From contig CAUYUJ010000211.1 in assembly GCA_963575745.1 (NCBI GenBank), positions 62,001 to 116,778 on the forward strand: a stretch of DNA of 54,778 bases, given 5' to 3'. Made by a program: the position numbers and the translations under genes. The number at the start of each line of letters is the position of its first letter. Positions within the stretch are counted from its first letter, which is position 1. The notes under the pieces were generated by a model. The model saw only the letters and a program-made list of their open reading frames with translations, had not been told where the DNA came from and made no database searches. This document shows positions 29,792-42,864 of the stretch, piece by piece. This DNA comes from Prorocentrum cordatum. Taxonomy: Eukaryota.

Positions 29792-29822
<31 letters not shown>

Positions 29823-30570
29823 GTGGGTGGGGGGTGGGGGGCGCCTGGATGCGGGGGCTGCGCCCTCTGCGAGGCGGCTTCGGGTGCCCACTTGCACAGG
29901 TGCTATCGGTATGACGCCGGTGTCGTCTTCAGGAGGGCCGGAAGGTCGGACAAGCTGCGTCGCGGCCTGAGCAGTGGAAACCCTGGCACGACGAGCTGTT
30001 CGCGAGGCGCCTCTCCCCTTCGATCGGGTCGATGACCCCCGGGCGCGACGCGAACTGCGGGGGGTCTTCTGGCGCTGCGTGCCGAGCCGCGGCTTCCTCA
30101 GCGGCCCCGCCTTCGCGGACGGCGGCGCAGTGGGCGCTCGCGGGACAGAGCTGCAACGGGCTGGCTGGTCACCTGCGCGCTGCGACCGCCTCGGACAGTT
30201 GGAGGCGTCGGCCCGCGGCTGGGCGGCGATGCCCATGGCGTCCAGACGGGGCGCGCGCCGGGGAGGGCGGCGCCTGCAACTTGGCGTCCTTCCTCTGCGA
30301 GGGCCCCGTCTACTTCTAGACTGGCTGCAATGGGGCAGTGGGCTGCGCCGTGCGAGGTCAGGGGCGGGCGTGCCGAACATCCTCCAGCGGGGCTCACATG
30401 GGGGGGCCTTTCGCGCGGTGTTCGAAGTAGACTGCGGGCGCGCAGTCACCGCGGTGTTCGGCCGCGCGACGGAGGCAGACATCGATGCGGGCATGTCGAC
30501 GCATCGGCAGATGGCGGGCAACCGCCGCGCCGGCCGCATCGCGAAGCAGGGCGCGCGCCGCGCGCCCCCT
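26490..30570 (+). pseudogene. LINE ORF2 pseudogene (APE ~26490-27170; RT ~28200-29000; RNase H ~30060-30570)
   Basis: Motifs as above. Multiple frameshifts and stops, catalytic Asp codons changed to Gly, an internal 135-bp duplication, and a (GT)n tract at ~29794-29822. Confidence 0.8.
27814..28085 (+). repeat. 135-bp tandem duplication inside the LINE
   Basis: GGGAATGGGGGG...GCAGCTGCAAGCGG starts at 27814 and again at 27949, with a few substitutions. Confidence 0.95.
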
Positions 30571-32139
30571 GATCACCGCCCCGACATCGCCTCCGGACTC
30601 GGCGAGGTTTCCAAGGCAGCGATACTCTGCGCGGGAACGAAGCTGCGCGCGCAGGCGGGCCCACAAGACCAGGAACTATGCGGCAGGCATCCTCCTGGAT
30701 ATGCCTGGCTTCGAAGAGCTCGACGAGGCGTCGGGCAATGCGGCGGGGAGTTCAGCGACCGGGGCGAGACCAGTGGCGGCGGCGGCCGCGGTCGCGGCGG
30801 CCGCGGCCGCGGCGGCGGCGGCGTCTGGCGAGGCCGGCAGTGTCGACGGCGATGCGCCCACTCCACTGCTGGCCGCCAGTGGGCCACCCGGGCGTCGGCA
30901 GCAGGGGCGGCCCATCCCGCCAGCGGCCAGCGGGGAGGATGGCGTCGACTTCAAGAATCATATTGTTGTCCAGCGGCGCATCGTTGCAGGGCCAGGACGT
31001 CCCGCCCCTCAGCCCGACTCGGTTCACGCCTGCCAGAGGCGCTGCAGCTGCGGGCGCAGCTGCGGGCGCAGCTGCGCGCGCAGCGGGCTCGCCGGGCCCG
31101 CTCGCCCATAGAGGTGCGGCGACGGCGGCGGCGCAGCCATCGAGCCCAGGAAGGGTGCGATCAACGCGGGGATGTGGCCAGACGCCCTCGTGGCCGCCAA
31201 GAGGACGCGGAGTCTGGGGGAGGCAGAGACGCCGAGCCAGGACTGGCAGGGCGCTTACCGCAGCCTCGACGACAAGAGGAGGGGGGCCGCCCAGGCTGCC
31301 CGCGGCCGCGACGGCGGGGCACTCGTGGGTGTGGGGGCAGGTGCGGCGGCGGCTTCCCCGGCCGCAAGGGGCCTGCTGGGGCCGCGGCGATGCCGACCCC
31401 TCCGAGGCAGGGCCCGTCGCCCTCGGCAGCGCTCAGCTGGCGCGGCATCTCGCCCGACGGAAATGCAGGGTTCCAAAGGTGTGCGAAGGGCGCCGCCCAG
31501 CGCGCCGCTCCACGGGGCGACCCCGCCGGCGCCGCCGATGAGGAGGTCGCCAGCGCTTGCGAGCACCAATTGGCGTTTTTTTTTAGTTGTTCCTCTTTTT
31601 TTGTTTGTTTTTCCTTCTTCCTTTTTTTTTTTTCTTTGTTTGTTTTTTTTGTTCTTGTTTTTTTTACTTCTTCTTTTTTTCCCCACCTGTCTGTCTGTCG
31701 GTCTCTCTCTCTCTCTGTCTATATATACATATATGTATATATAATAAAGAAACGCACATGTTTTTTCCATTTCCCTTGCCTTTCTCTTTATGTTTCTCTC
31801 TCTTCGCGCTCGGCTCGCGCTCGCCCGCTTCGCCCTCGGCGCATGGCCGGCGGCTCGAGTGTGGCAGGCCTGTCTGTGTGTCGGCCACGGGCTCGGACTG
31901 CCCCCCGTTGGTGTGGGGGCTGTTATATCAAACCGTGAACACTTCACTGTGCGCTGCTCTGTTCTTCTCTTCTTTTCTCTTCCCCACCCTATTATGTGTT
32001 TTTTGGATGGCCTTGCGGCTGGTGCCGCCGAACCTAAATTGGGGACGACGGCGACGACGACGGCGGCGTCGGCGGCGACGACGACGTTCACGTGGGGCAG
32101 AGTCCTCAAGGATGCTTCGTGGGGCCTCGTCGGAACGCG

Positions 32140-32735
32140 CTCGTAGGTCTCAGAGGGGGCAGTTTTGCTGCTTTTTGGGAGCATCTTGGGGGCCTGTTGG
32201 GAGCCGCGTGGCTGTCATTTCGCGTTTTTTGGGGCCTGTAGGGGGAAGGGCCTTGTGGGGGCCTGTTGGGGGCCTCTTGGGGCCTCCCGGGAGTTTTTCG
32301 GGCCGAAGGCTCGACATGTTCGTTCGGGCTTCTGTGTGGGCACCGTTTTGGAGCCTTTTTTGGGGCCTCTGGGGCCGTCTTGGGGGCCTCTAGGGCCGTT
32401 GTGGGGCTGTCTTGGGTCGTTTTGGGGCCGTCGTGGGAACCTTGCGGGGGCCTCTTGTGCCGATCTTGGTTGCCTCTTGGGCCGTCCTGGGGCGTCGGGA
32501 AGCCGCAGAAAGGCGATAACGCCAGCATCTGTCAAAAACCAACAAAAGGTTTCATTGATTTTGGCCTGTTGGGCCGTCGGTGTGCTGTCGCAGGCCTCTT
32601 CGAGCGTTTTGGTAGCCGCTTGGGTTGTGAAAAGGCCACCTGTGGCGTTTTGGGTTGTTCGTTGGGCAATTCGGGGCCCTCTTGGGCCTTGTTGGGGGCT
32701 TCTTGGGCTGCCCTGAGTTTTTTTGGGGGCCCAGG
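32140..32735 (+). repeat. Degenerate ~10-11-bp repeat (GGGGCCTCTTG-like); related array at ~44150-44425
   Basis: Directly visible. Confidence 0.75.
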
Positions 32736-32892
32736 GACCCCCCATGCGAATATGGTTATTCCGACCCGGGACACCCCCCCTCTCCCCCCGCTTCCCGTCG
32801 AGTCAACTACGACGTTGTTCAAGCTTCGTTTGGTTTCGCCTTGGCTGGCGCGCTCGAGGCTTCGGTTCGGTTTCGCTGTGGCTGGCGCGTCG

Positions 32893-33210
<318 letters not shown>

Positions 33211-36200
33211 CCCGTGACTTCGGCGACGTCCACGACGACGACGTCGACGACAATGTTGTTGTTGACGACGACGACTTCCACACGCCTAAGTCGGCGGATT
33301 CTACCCCATTCGATTACATTATCTACTCTACTCTACTCTTCTCGTCTCTAGTCTACTTTCTGTTACCGTGCCCTACCCTAACCTACTCTATTCAACTCCT
33401 GTTCTACCCTCCTCCTACCCTACTCTGCTCTGCAAGCCTTTCCTTTCCCCTGCTCAAATGGTATGCTCGTCTCTATCCCGCTCTGGTTCTACTCCGCTTT
33501 GCTCTGCTCTGCCTTCCTCGACCCCATCTTGCTATGTACTTCTGGATTTGACGACTGTCGTGCGATTACTGGGACGCCACTGGAATAGCCACTCACCACC
33601 CACCAAACCACCCCAACCTAACCCGAAGGGTCAGATTTACCCTCGATTTCTAGTGGGGGGTCCGGGAACATCGACAAAAACACGTATGGAGCCCATACCC
33701 CCTCCAACCCGAAATTCGGGTCTTCGGGTTGGGTTGGGGTGGTCTGGTAGGTAGTCAGCCACAGGACGCCAATGGAATAGCAGGGGACGCCATGCAGATA
33801 CAGATGGAACCGTGCGGATACCAGAGGAAGCCTTGCGGATACATAGGAAGCCATGCGGACAACCGAGGAAGCCATGCGGAAGCAGGGGGGGCTGTGTGGA
33901 TAGCAGTGGGAACCTTTCGTGTGCAGAGAAAGCCCTGCGGATAGGTTGACGGTAGCAGTATCAAACTTGTGGACATGTCCCCCGGGTGTTCCCCAGGGAT
34001 GGAGCTAGGACTCTTCTGGAATATCCGTACGTGGGCCTGGGGGAGGCTCATGTTGAGGGTGCGGGCTCCCCTCGCAAGGGGAGGCCCAGAGACGCTTTAG
34101 CGTTCGCATTGGCGTTGCCTCGGTAACGATGCTCGGGCCACGGGACAAGAGAAGTCCGATGCAGCATCGTCCAGAGCCAACAGGGGCGGGGAAGGCCTTT
34201 TGCCCCGCAATGACAGGCGCGCTCGTTGCTTCTTTCACGCGGCTCGGTGTCTCCCAGGTTTCGGTGCAGTTGGTAGTGGGTCAGTCGTTCGACGGGTCCA
34301 CGCCCTTGGCAGCTCATTAACAGGTCCGCGTGCGCGTTATCAGCACTGTGTATCACGGCGATGCCTATGTCGATTTCAGTGGGACAACATCGCGTGAATA
34401 GCCGAATTACGTACTTTCGTTGAGAGCGCTGCAGCTCCATTGAAGTCTTGGCATGGCCGTTCGCCTTCTGAAGCTTCCAGGCCTCGTCGTGCCCCCATGG
34501 CGGTTTCACAGGCTACTCGTGCTCGTCTGCCGCAGCAGTTGCGCGTCGAAGAGGCTCGCGACGAAATCAGACAGCTGCGCGACACTTTGTTTTTCGATCT
34601 CATTCTGTCGCCCCTGCTTTCGGCGAGGCGCACTGCGGGGATCTAGGCGGCTTCCTTTGGATTCGAGAACCGAAGGCATCCTCGGGCCGACTCGTATTGC
34701 TTTCAGCTTGTAAGCGTGAAACAGCACCAGGTGGTCTCCGTTGACGCTCAGGCTGGTGCTGTATCCAGGCTGCAGCTATTGCCAATTCCGTCCAGGGGCT
34801 TTCAGTGTGTGAGCGTCGGGCCCAGCCCAGGGACCGTCCTTTGGGTGTGGAGGCCAGTGAGGCTGGCGAGAGCTCGCTCCTGCACGGCCGCCGCTGCTGT
34901 TTTGTTTTCTCCGTGTCTCCTCCTTCCTGGTCCGTGTTGGTAAGGCCTTGCTACGGCCGGTGCCGCACGTGCCGCCGACCCTGAAGGGGGACGACGACGG
35001 CGGCGGCGGCGACGACGATGACGCTGAAGCTCCGGAGCCCTTCTTCGGGCTCTCTTGGGAGCCTCTTGAGCTCTTAGAGGGGAGCCTCTTGGGGAACTTC
35101 TTGTGAAGCTCTGCGGTCATTCGGAGCCGCCTCGGAGCGGAACTGAGGCCTCGTGGAGGCATATGGGAAAACACGCAGCACCCCGCAACAGAGGATGAAC
35201 ACGAGGAGGGTGCCTCTGGGGGGGAGAGGTCCAGAAGAGCGGGTGGCCTTGTCCACACGGGGGAGAGGCGGGGGGAGGGGTCCTGAGCTCCCTTGCCTGC
35301 ACGGAGACCGCCCCCCTGTTCTCCTTCTCTACAGGGGGCTCCCCCCGGGGGGGGGGGGGGGGGCACGACTCCCAGGGCCCCACTGGGATCCCCCCCGCTG
35401 CCCCCCCCCCAGGACCCCCTGGGAACCTCTTCTCCCGACAGGGAAGGGATTACAGGGAAGGGGCTCCCCTTCGAATCAAGGACGACGGTCTTTGACTTCA
35501 GTCTGGCTGGATCGCTTCAGGAGGAGGGCCCGGGGCAAGAGGGGGTAGCGGCGACGGGGACGACGACGGCCCAAACGGAAAAACGTCTCGCACACGCCGA
35601 CAAGGTCGCCAGGAGGAGAGGGCGCACTCATCCTCTCGTCATCGGCTGCGCCGCCACTCGCGAGGACAAATGTATAGGATTCGCTCGCCTGTGATGTGAC
35701 ATGCCTTTTTGCTTGTTTTTTACAGTCGTGTAAACCTTGCTTGCCTTCAAATGCACGGTTGAGTAGATGCATCTTGAGACTGCTGGTAGCCCTGCCGATT
35801 GGAAAATCAAGCTGGTTAGATATCCCACTCCCTTGACGCCTAGCCTGCAATTCGCACGTCGTTCCGTTGCAGCTGGCCCAGCGCGCCTTCTGCCCATCGG
35901 TGGCTGCTGCGCTTCTTGGTCGATCTGTGGATCGCCAGTCGCTACGGAATGGGGACGCCCCGCTGTTTGTGGGCGGGCTGTCTGATCTCGCGGTGGCCCC
36001 TGCTCACCGAGCAGCGCGCGGTCGAGCGCAAACCCTTCGTTGCAAGGTGGCAGCTCGGCGGTTTGGTGCGCGCGCAGTGGTCCAGCAAATGCTGCAGCGT
36101 CGTGCGAGGAGGAACGGTGCCGCGGCGACAGCGCACTTCGACGAAGCTGGGGGCTGGCCGAGCAGCCTCGCGCCCGAGGAAGCTCGGGCCATTTTGGTTT

Positions 36201-37009
36201 CCGGCTTCGGCGCGCGAGGAGTCCCGGGGAGTATATGCGCAGCCAACCGACAAGCCGTTCTCTGGCGCGGTTTCTGGAGCTCGAGGCCTGGACCGACCGC
36301 GGGGCCTAGCCCTCCCGCAGTCGGGCGGTCACAGAGCGGACGTGCTTGGCATCGCTCGGACGTGTGCATTTTTCCTTCGGCGAGGGCCATCGAGGAACAT
36401 CCTTGACCATTTGGCGAAAGCACCACGCACGAGACCGAAAAAAAAACAAAAAATGGACGTCCGAGCGATGGCGAGTGTGATGTCGCCCCCAGAGAACACA
36501 AACAATTTTCTTGTATAACAAACACGACTGGATTGCATCAGTCGCGTCCTGGGACATCCGTAGCCGCGGCATCGAGGAGCTTCGTCTTGGCAGTTCATGT
36601 TTAGGTCATCCTTGGGATGCCACTCACCGCCAGGTCCCAGAGTGGCACAAAACATGGCGTTCTGACCTGGTGTCTCACAGAGTCGCTTTGGACGTGGGTC
36701 AGATGGTGTGAGAAGATGCGGGTTGAGCCACTCGGACCTTTCACTGCGGGGTGCCTTCGCAAGGCCTCACCGGCCACGAAAGCGAGGGCTGGGCTCGGGA
36801 TCGACCTCGTTTTCTTTGTCGTCTTTGTCATCTTCGTCTCTGTCCTCGACCTCGTCTGCGCCGTCGCAGTCGCGTGGTCTTTCTCGTCGTCCTCGTCGTC
36901 TGACTAGAACTCGCTCAAAATCGGACCCCGCACTCCTCCCAGAGTCTATCCCGGCCGCGTCCAGCCGTGACGACGGAAGTTCCCAGAGACGTCCCAACTG
37001 CCTCCGGAA

Positions 37010-37780
<771 letters not shown>

Positions 37781-37939
37781 ACATTGCGACGGCAGCCCAG
37801 GCGGGCTATTCGATTCAGTCGATCAGCCGATCAGCCGATCAGACGCTGGTCGACCGCTGATCGGCTGATCGGCTGGTCGACCGCTTATCGGCTGATCGGC
37901 TGATCGGCTGGTCGACTGGTGATCGGCTGATCGGCGGCC

Positions 37940-38745
37940 GTCCAGTTTCGCCTGAGATATCCTCGCAGCTCTGGGCTAAGAGGTCCCCTGATCCGAAGTG
38001 GTCGGGCCAGCCTCGCCTGCGACATCCTCGCAACTCCGGGCTCAGATATCCCCTGACCTGGGGTGGTCGGGCCAGTCTCGCCTGAGACGTCCTCGCAATT
38101 CCAGGCTCAGAGATCCCCTGCCCTGAGTTGGTCCAGCCAATTCTGTCTGAGACATCCTCGCAACTCCGGGCACAGAGATCCCCTGGCCTGAGGTGGTCGG
38201 GCCAATCGGGCCTGAGACATCCTCTTCCTTATATTTTCCTCCTCCGTCTCCTTTCTACCCCTCCCCTCGTCCCCATTATCCTTCCTCCTCCTCCAGTTTT
38301 GCTTGAGACATCCTTTACATTTTGGTTTCAGAGAGGCCCCGCACGAGGTGGTTCAGCCAATTCCGTCAGACATTCTCGCAATTCCGGGCTCAGATATCCC
38401 CTGACCTGAGGTGGTCAGACCAGTCTCGCCTGAGACGTCCTCGCAATTCCAGGCTCAGAGATCCCCTGCCCTGAGTTGGTCCAGCCAATTCTGTCTGAGA
38501 CATCCTCGCAACTCCGGGCACAGAGATCCCCTGGCCTGAGGTGATCGGTCCAGTCGGGCCTGAGACATCCTCTTCCTTATATTTTCCTTCTCCGTCTCCT
38601 TCTACCCCTCCCCTCGACCTCATTATCCTCCCTCCTACGCCAGTTTCACTTGAGACATCCTTTAAATGCTGGGCTCAGAGAGGCCCCGCACGAGGTGGTC
38701 CAGCCAATTCCGTCAGACATTCTCGCAATTCCGGGCTCAGATACC
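37940..38745 (+). repeat. ~60-bp sub-repeats (CCTGAGACATCCTCGCAA..CCGGGCTCAGA.ATCCCCTG) with a higher-order ~348-bp tandem duplication
   Basis: CCGGGCTCAGATA at 38036, 38384 and 38731. Confidence 0.9.
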
Positions 38746-38979
38746 TTCTTTTCATCCTCATCTTCGTCCTCATCCTCTTCATCCTCTTCTTTATCCACAT
38801 TGCAGGCGTTTGGCCCACATGGTGTTCAATCCAGTGGGGTACTGCCCCCATCGGGGTGGAGGGGGCCCACACAGCAAACACCAAACACGTTGCGTGGACG
38901 CAGATGGCAAGCCATGCTGTCGAGCCCATGGGGGTCATGAGCTGCCAGGGCACAGGCTTGACGGGCTCCGCAGAGGGTC

Positions 38980-39830
38980 GATGAACATCCGCGAGCGCGT
39001 CTCGGAGCTGGCAGCCTATGCCAACGCCGCCGCGGTCAGCACGCTCGAGAAAATGCACGGCGCGGCCGCGGCAGAAGCTTTCTTTGACAAAGTGTCCGTG
39101 GACCCGGCAGTGTTGCAGCTATTGCAGAATTCGGCGATCTGGAAAAGCATATTCAGCTGACATGGCGCGGTGCTTGTTTAGATTTCCGAGCCGTGCGTGC
39201 CCCTCCACTTTGCTTGCGTGCCCCTCCGCTTTGCTTGCGCTTTCCCTGCGTGCCGTTCGGCCTTGCCTGCGTGCCCTTCCGCGCCGCCTGCTTTGCCAGC
39301 CCCCGTGCCCGCTTGCCGCTTGCTTTTATCGATGCGGCCGTGAATGTTTGGCTCCGCGGCCTGTGAGTTGGGCCTCCTTTTGCTGATCGCTGGAAGGACC
39401 CTCAATGGTCAGAACACGCAAGGGGGGAGAGCAACTACCAGATGAACAGCGCGGACATGTATTTCTTCAGCGAGTTCATTGGTGCACGCTTTAACGTCCA
39501 GCTTCAGTCTGTGTGGGTGGCCCGGCTGTGGTTCAACTGCGACGGCGGCGTCGGGCGTGCCCAGGCAGGGTGCGCAGCAGAGGCCAGGGGGGAGATGGCC
39601 GAGGATCGCGAGTTAGACTTGGCCGCCTTCTACCGCGCGGCCAAAAAGTGCCCCGTCCAGCAGGCTTATCCTCGGTGCCAGTGCCATTTGTTTACTGCCG
39701 AGGCGAAGCGTCGGGGCTTGCGCTTGGGCGAGGATGCCGAGGGCGAGGGTCAGCTGCGCATGCTGGCCAAGGTGCTGGGCGCGCTCTTGCGTTCGCGGGC
39801 TTTCTCGGGCGCAGCCAGAGCGCTGGAGGC
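38980..39830 (+). pseudogene. Coding-like exon remnants, possibly the upstream part of the same transposase
   Basis: Non-repetitive, protein-like readings (NIRERVSELAAYANAAAVSTLEKMHG...LQNSAIWK; MNSADMYFFSEFIGARF...ELDLAAFYRAAKKCPVQQAYPR) separated by a pyrimidine-rich intron-like stretch. Same strand as the hAT-like block. No diagnostic motif. Confidence 0.3.
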
Positions 39831-40287
39831 ATGTCATGAACGCTGCGTGGCCGGCCGGCTTCTGTTCTCCGGGCTCTCCAGGATTTGTTGGGCAAGCCTT
39901 CTGGTTCCCCAGGTTCTTTGGTTTTTCTCTGGGCAAATCAAGTCTACATTAATGAATGCCTTTCCTGGCCGCTGGCTGGTGGTCATGCAATATTGTTTGC
40001 AGCCGCAGCGGCGTTGTCCCGATGGCGGCGGCGCAGGCCCTCTTCGCGGGTGGTCAGCTGATTTCGCGAGGCCCCAGCCAGCCCCGCCCCCTGCGACGAT
40101 GCCAGGGCAGTCTGGGGGCAATTTTTTGTGTATGCCATGAACCCCATCAAAGCGATATGCAGGCGTATAAGCCGAACGTTTATACGCCAAACACGCCCTG
40201 TAAAAAATATCCCAGTGCGACCCTACCTAGGAGTTCGAGCCTCTAGGACAACAACATTAGTATATATATATAGCAACAGCAATAGTG

Positions 40288-40605
40288 GATGCTGTGCTGC
40301 GCTGCGCTATGCTGTGCTATGTTCTGCTCTGCTCTGCTCTGCTCTGCTATGCTATGCTCTGCTCTGCTCTGCTCTGCTATGCTATGCTATGCTGCGCTAT
40401 GCTATGCTATGCTGGGCTATGCTATGATATGCTGTGCTGCGCTTTGCTATGCTACGCTATGCTATGCTATGCTGTGCTCTGCTATGCTAAAGCTCCGCGG
40501 AGCTAAGATGAAGGTAAGCTAAGATCAACCTGAGCTAAGATGAAGCTAAGCTAAGCTAAGATGAAATAAGCTAAGCTAAGATGAGATAATCAACGCTAAG
40601 CTAAG
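40288..40605 (+). repeat. Pentanucleotide repeats (GCTAT/GCTCT)n, then (GCTAA)n
   Basis: Directly visible. Confidence 0.95.
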
Positions 40606-40845
40606 GGGACGTAGCTGGGGGAACCGCGGGGCGGATGCTGGGGGAACCGCCCGGGGCGGGGAGCGCTGCCAGGCCCTTTAAGACCACAGGGTAAGAACCC
40701 TTCTAGGCAGAGCCTAGGTAGGGAACAAGTGGCGGCATGCACCGAAAATGGTGCGCGCCAATCACCTGAGCTGGGATTTCGGGCTGCGGACTGTAGGTCG
40801 ATCGGCAGTAGGTCGGAGGCAATCGTGCATCTGGCCGATCCTTAG

Positions 40846-42864
40846 TCGCGTAGATCGGCTTCGAGATCCACGCCCTGGCCGACGGGCGGCGCTCGGGGCC
40901 CGGCCGATCTGGACCTGCTTGGCCGATCGATCTCCATCGCGGGCCATCTGAGGTCATTGCGTTGCGGCGCTGCGTGAGCCCGTCGTGCAGCGACTGCCGC
41001 GAGTTCATTTACGACCGCCAGGACATTTTGTCACGTCTGTCAGCGCCGCCTCCTGACGCGCCGCCTGCCGGGTAGGCGCCCGCGCGCCCGCGTCCCGGGA
41101 TCTCTCGGCGGCGGGCGTTTCGCTGCTCAGGGCCGCGTTCGAGAAGACCGTGGCGGCGTTCTAGGCAAGCGTGGCCGAAGGCGCCGACGGGGTGCGGACC
41201 TTCGACGCTTCCTGCAGTTGCCGAACGTGTCCAAGTGCCGCCTCTGGAAGAAGCAGTTTGGTGCGTGCCCCCCGCGGGTGTTGGCGTCGCGCATCGCGCG
41301 GCGCGCCGGGGTTCAGGTGGGCTCGTCCACGAGCTTTCGCGGGCGCGCCCCCCCAAGGGGTTCAAGGCAGAAGTCCGCAGGGATGCGAGGTGGCACATGC
41401 CAGGCCGCCGATCCACCCGCAGGCGTCGGGGAATTATCTGCGACAGGAAGCAGCCCGAGCACGTCCGCGGCCTTCGCAGCGTCTGGGCCGTCAAGGTCCG
41501 AGCGCGTTACCGCCGCCGTCTGAAGCCACTCCGGCGTGAGGGGCTGTGGGCCTGGCAGTCGGCGGCGCTGGCGATCCGCTCCGCAGGCGTGCCCGTTCAG
41601 TCGGGCACTGTGCCTGTGGAGCGCCTGCGGGAGTGTCTCAGAGGGATGCTCCCGCGAGGCGCCCGCGCAGTGTCGCTTCGCTGGTTCAATGCCCTCAGCC
41701 AGCTTGCGTTCTTGAGGTTCAATTACCGGCGCTATGGGGCGGGGTGCCTGCCCGCGCGGGCAGAGCGGGCCTCCGTCCTGGCCCAGCGCGTGGAGGGAGT
41801 CCCGGCTGATCGGGATCGATCCCTGATCGCGTAGATCGGCTCCGAGATCCACGCCCTGGCCGACGGGCGGCGCTCGGGGCCCAGCCGATCTGGATCTGCT
41901 TGGCCGATCGATCTCCGTCGCGGGCCATCTGAGGTCATTGCGTTGCGGCGCTGCGCGAGCCCGTCGTGCAGCGACTGCCGCGAGCTCATCTACGACCACC
42001 AGGACATCTTGTCACGCCTGTCAGCGCCGCCTCCTGACGCGCCGCCTGCCGGGCAGGCGCCCGCGCGCCCGCGCCCCCGGGATCTCTCGGCGGCGGGCGT
42101 TTTGCCGCTCAGAGCCGCAGTCGAGAAGACCGTGGCGGCGTTCCAGGCAAGTGTGGGCGCAGATGCCGACGGGGCTGCGGACCCTCGACGCTTCCCGCAG
42201 TTGCCGAACGTGTCCAAGTGCCGCCTCTGGAAGAAGGAGTTCGGCGCGTACCCCCCGCGGGGGTTGGTGTCGCGCATCGCGCGGCGCGCCGGGGTTCAGG
42301 TGGGCTCGTCCATGAGCTTTCGCGGGTGCGCCTCCCCCCTGGGGTGCAAGGCAGAAGTCCGCAGGAATGCGAGGTGGCACATGCCAGGCCGCCGATCCAC
42401 CCGCAGGCGTCGGGGCCTTATCCGTGACAGGAAGCAGCCCGAGCACGTCCGCGGCCATCGCAGTGTCTGGGCCGTCATGGTCCGAGCGCGTTACCGCCGC
42501 CATCTGAAGCCTTTCAGGCATGAGGGGCTGTGGGCCTGGCAGTCGGCGGCGCCGGCGATCCGCTCCGCAGGCGTGCCCGTTCAGTCGGGCACAGTGCCCG
42601 TGGAGCGCTCGTGGAAGTCTCAAAGGGGTGCTCCCACGAGGCGCCCGCGCAGTGTCGCTTCGCTGGTTCAATGTCCTCAGCCAGCTCGCTTTCTTGAGGT
42701 TCAATTACCGGCGCTATGGGGCGGGTTGCCTGCCCGCGTGGGCAGAGCGGGACTCCCTCCTGGCCCAGCGCTTGAAGACCGTCGTCATACTCGTAGTTGA
42801 GCTCGACGAGACGGAAGGCGCATCAGTCGACCATCTCAGGCATCTGCCCGCACCTTTCCTCTGA
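40846..42864 (+). pseudogene. Two tandem ~981-bp copies of a decayed, intron-containing hAT-like transposase C-terminus
   Basis: Copies start at 40846 and 41827 and align to 41789/42771. The combined translation ...SAALAIRSAGVPVQSGTVPVER.W..LKG.LPRGARAVSLRWFNVLSQLAFLRFNY resembles the hAT C-terminal pattern (S..xERxFS...R.....L.FL..N). Copy 1 has TAG stops (~41073, ~41162); copy 2 has a 1-nt frameshift near 42618. The duplication is certain; the family call rests on motif resemblance only. Confidence 0.55.

Larger units (their letters stand above)
25600..31570 (+). mobile_element. Degenerate non-LTR retrotransposon (LINE): ORF1 + ORF2 (APE endonuclease, RT, RNase H)
   Basis: Motifs occur in the expected order across frameshifts. 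APE: FNADT (26527), VFLRGTR ~ FLQETR (26661), SGGAG (26787), VYL (26922), FDFNVEP ~ GDFN (27015), RHSPVLFEL ~ DH.PV (27138). RT: GLGWGQLHP (~28218), RVVCLLS ~ RPIxLL (~28362), GGLRVCRRRIGR ~ DLxKxYDxIxH (~28564), GAVLPG (~28730), VVGDF ~ xxDD (28837). RNase H: FADGG ~ xTDGS (30112), RAGWS, GNRRAGRIAKQGA ~ GNxxADxLAKxGA (30517). A T-rich tract follows at ~31575. Boundaries approximate. Confidence 0.85.

Noticed and set aside
29974..31938. 654-aa ORF as an intact protein
   Set aside because: Only the first ~200 aa match decayed RNase H. The frame then drifts through GC-rich, stop-poor sequence into a T-tract.
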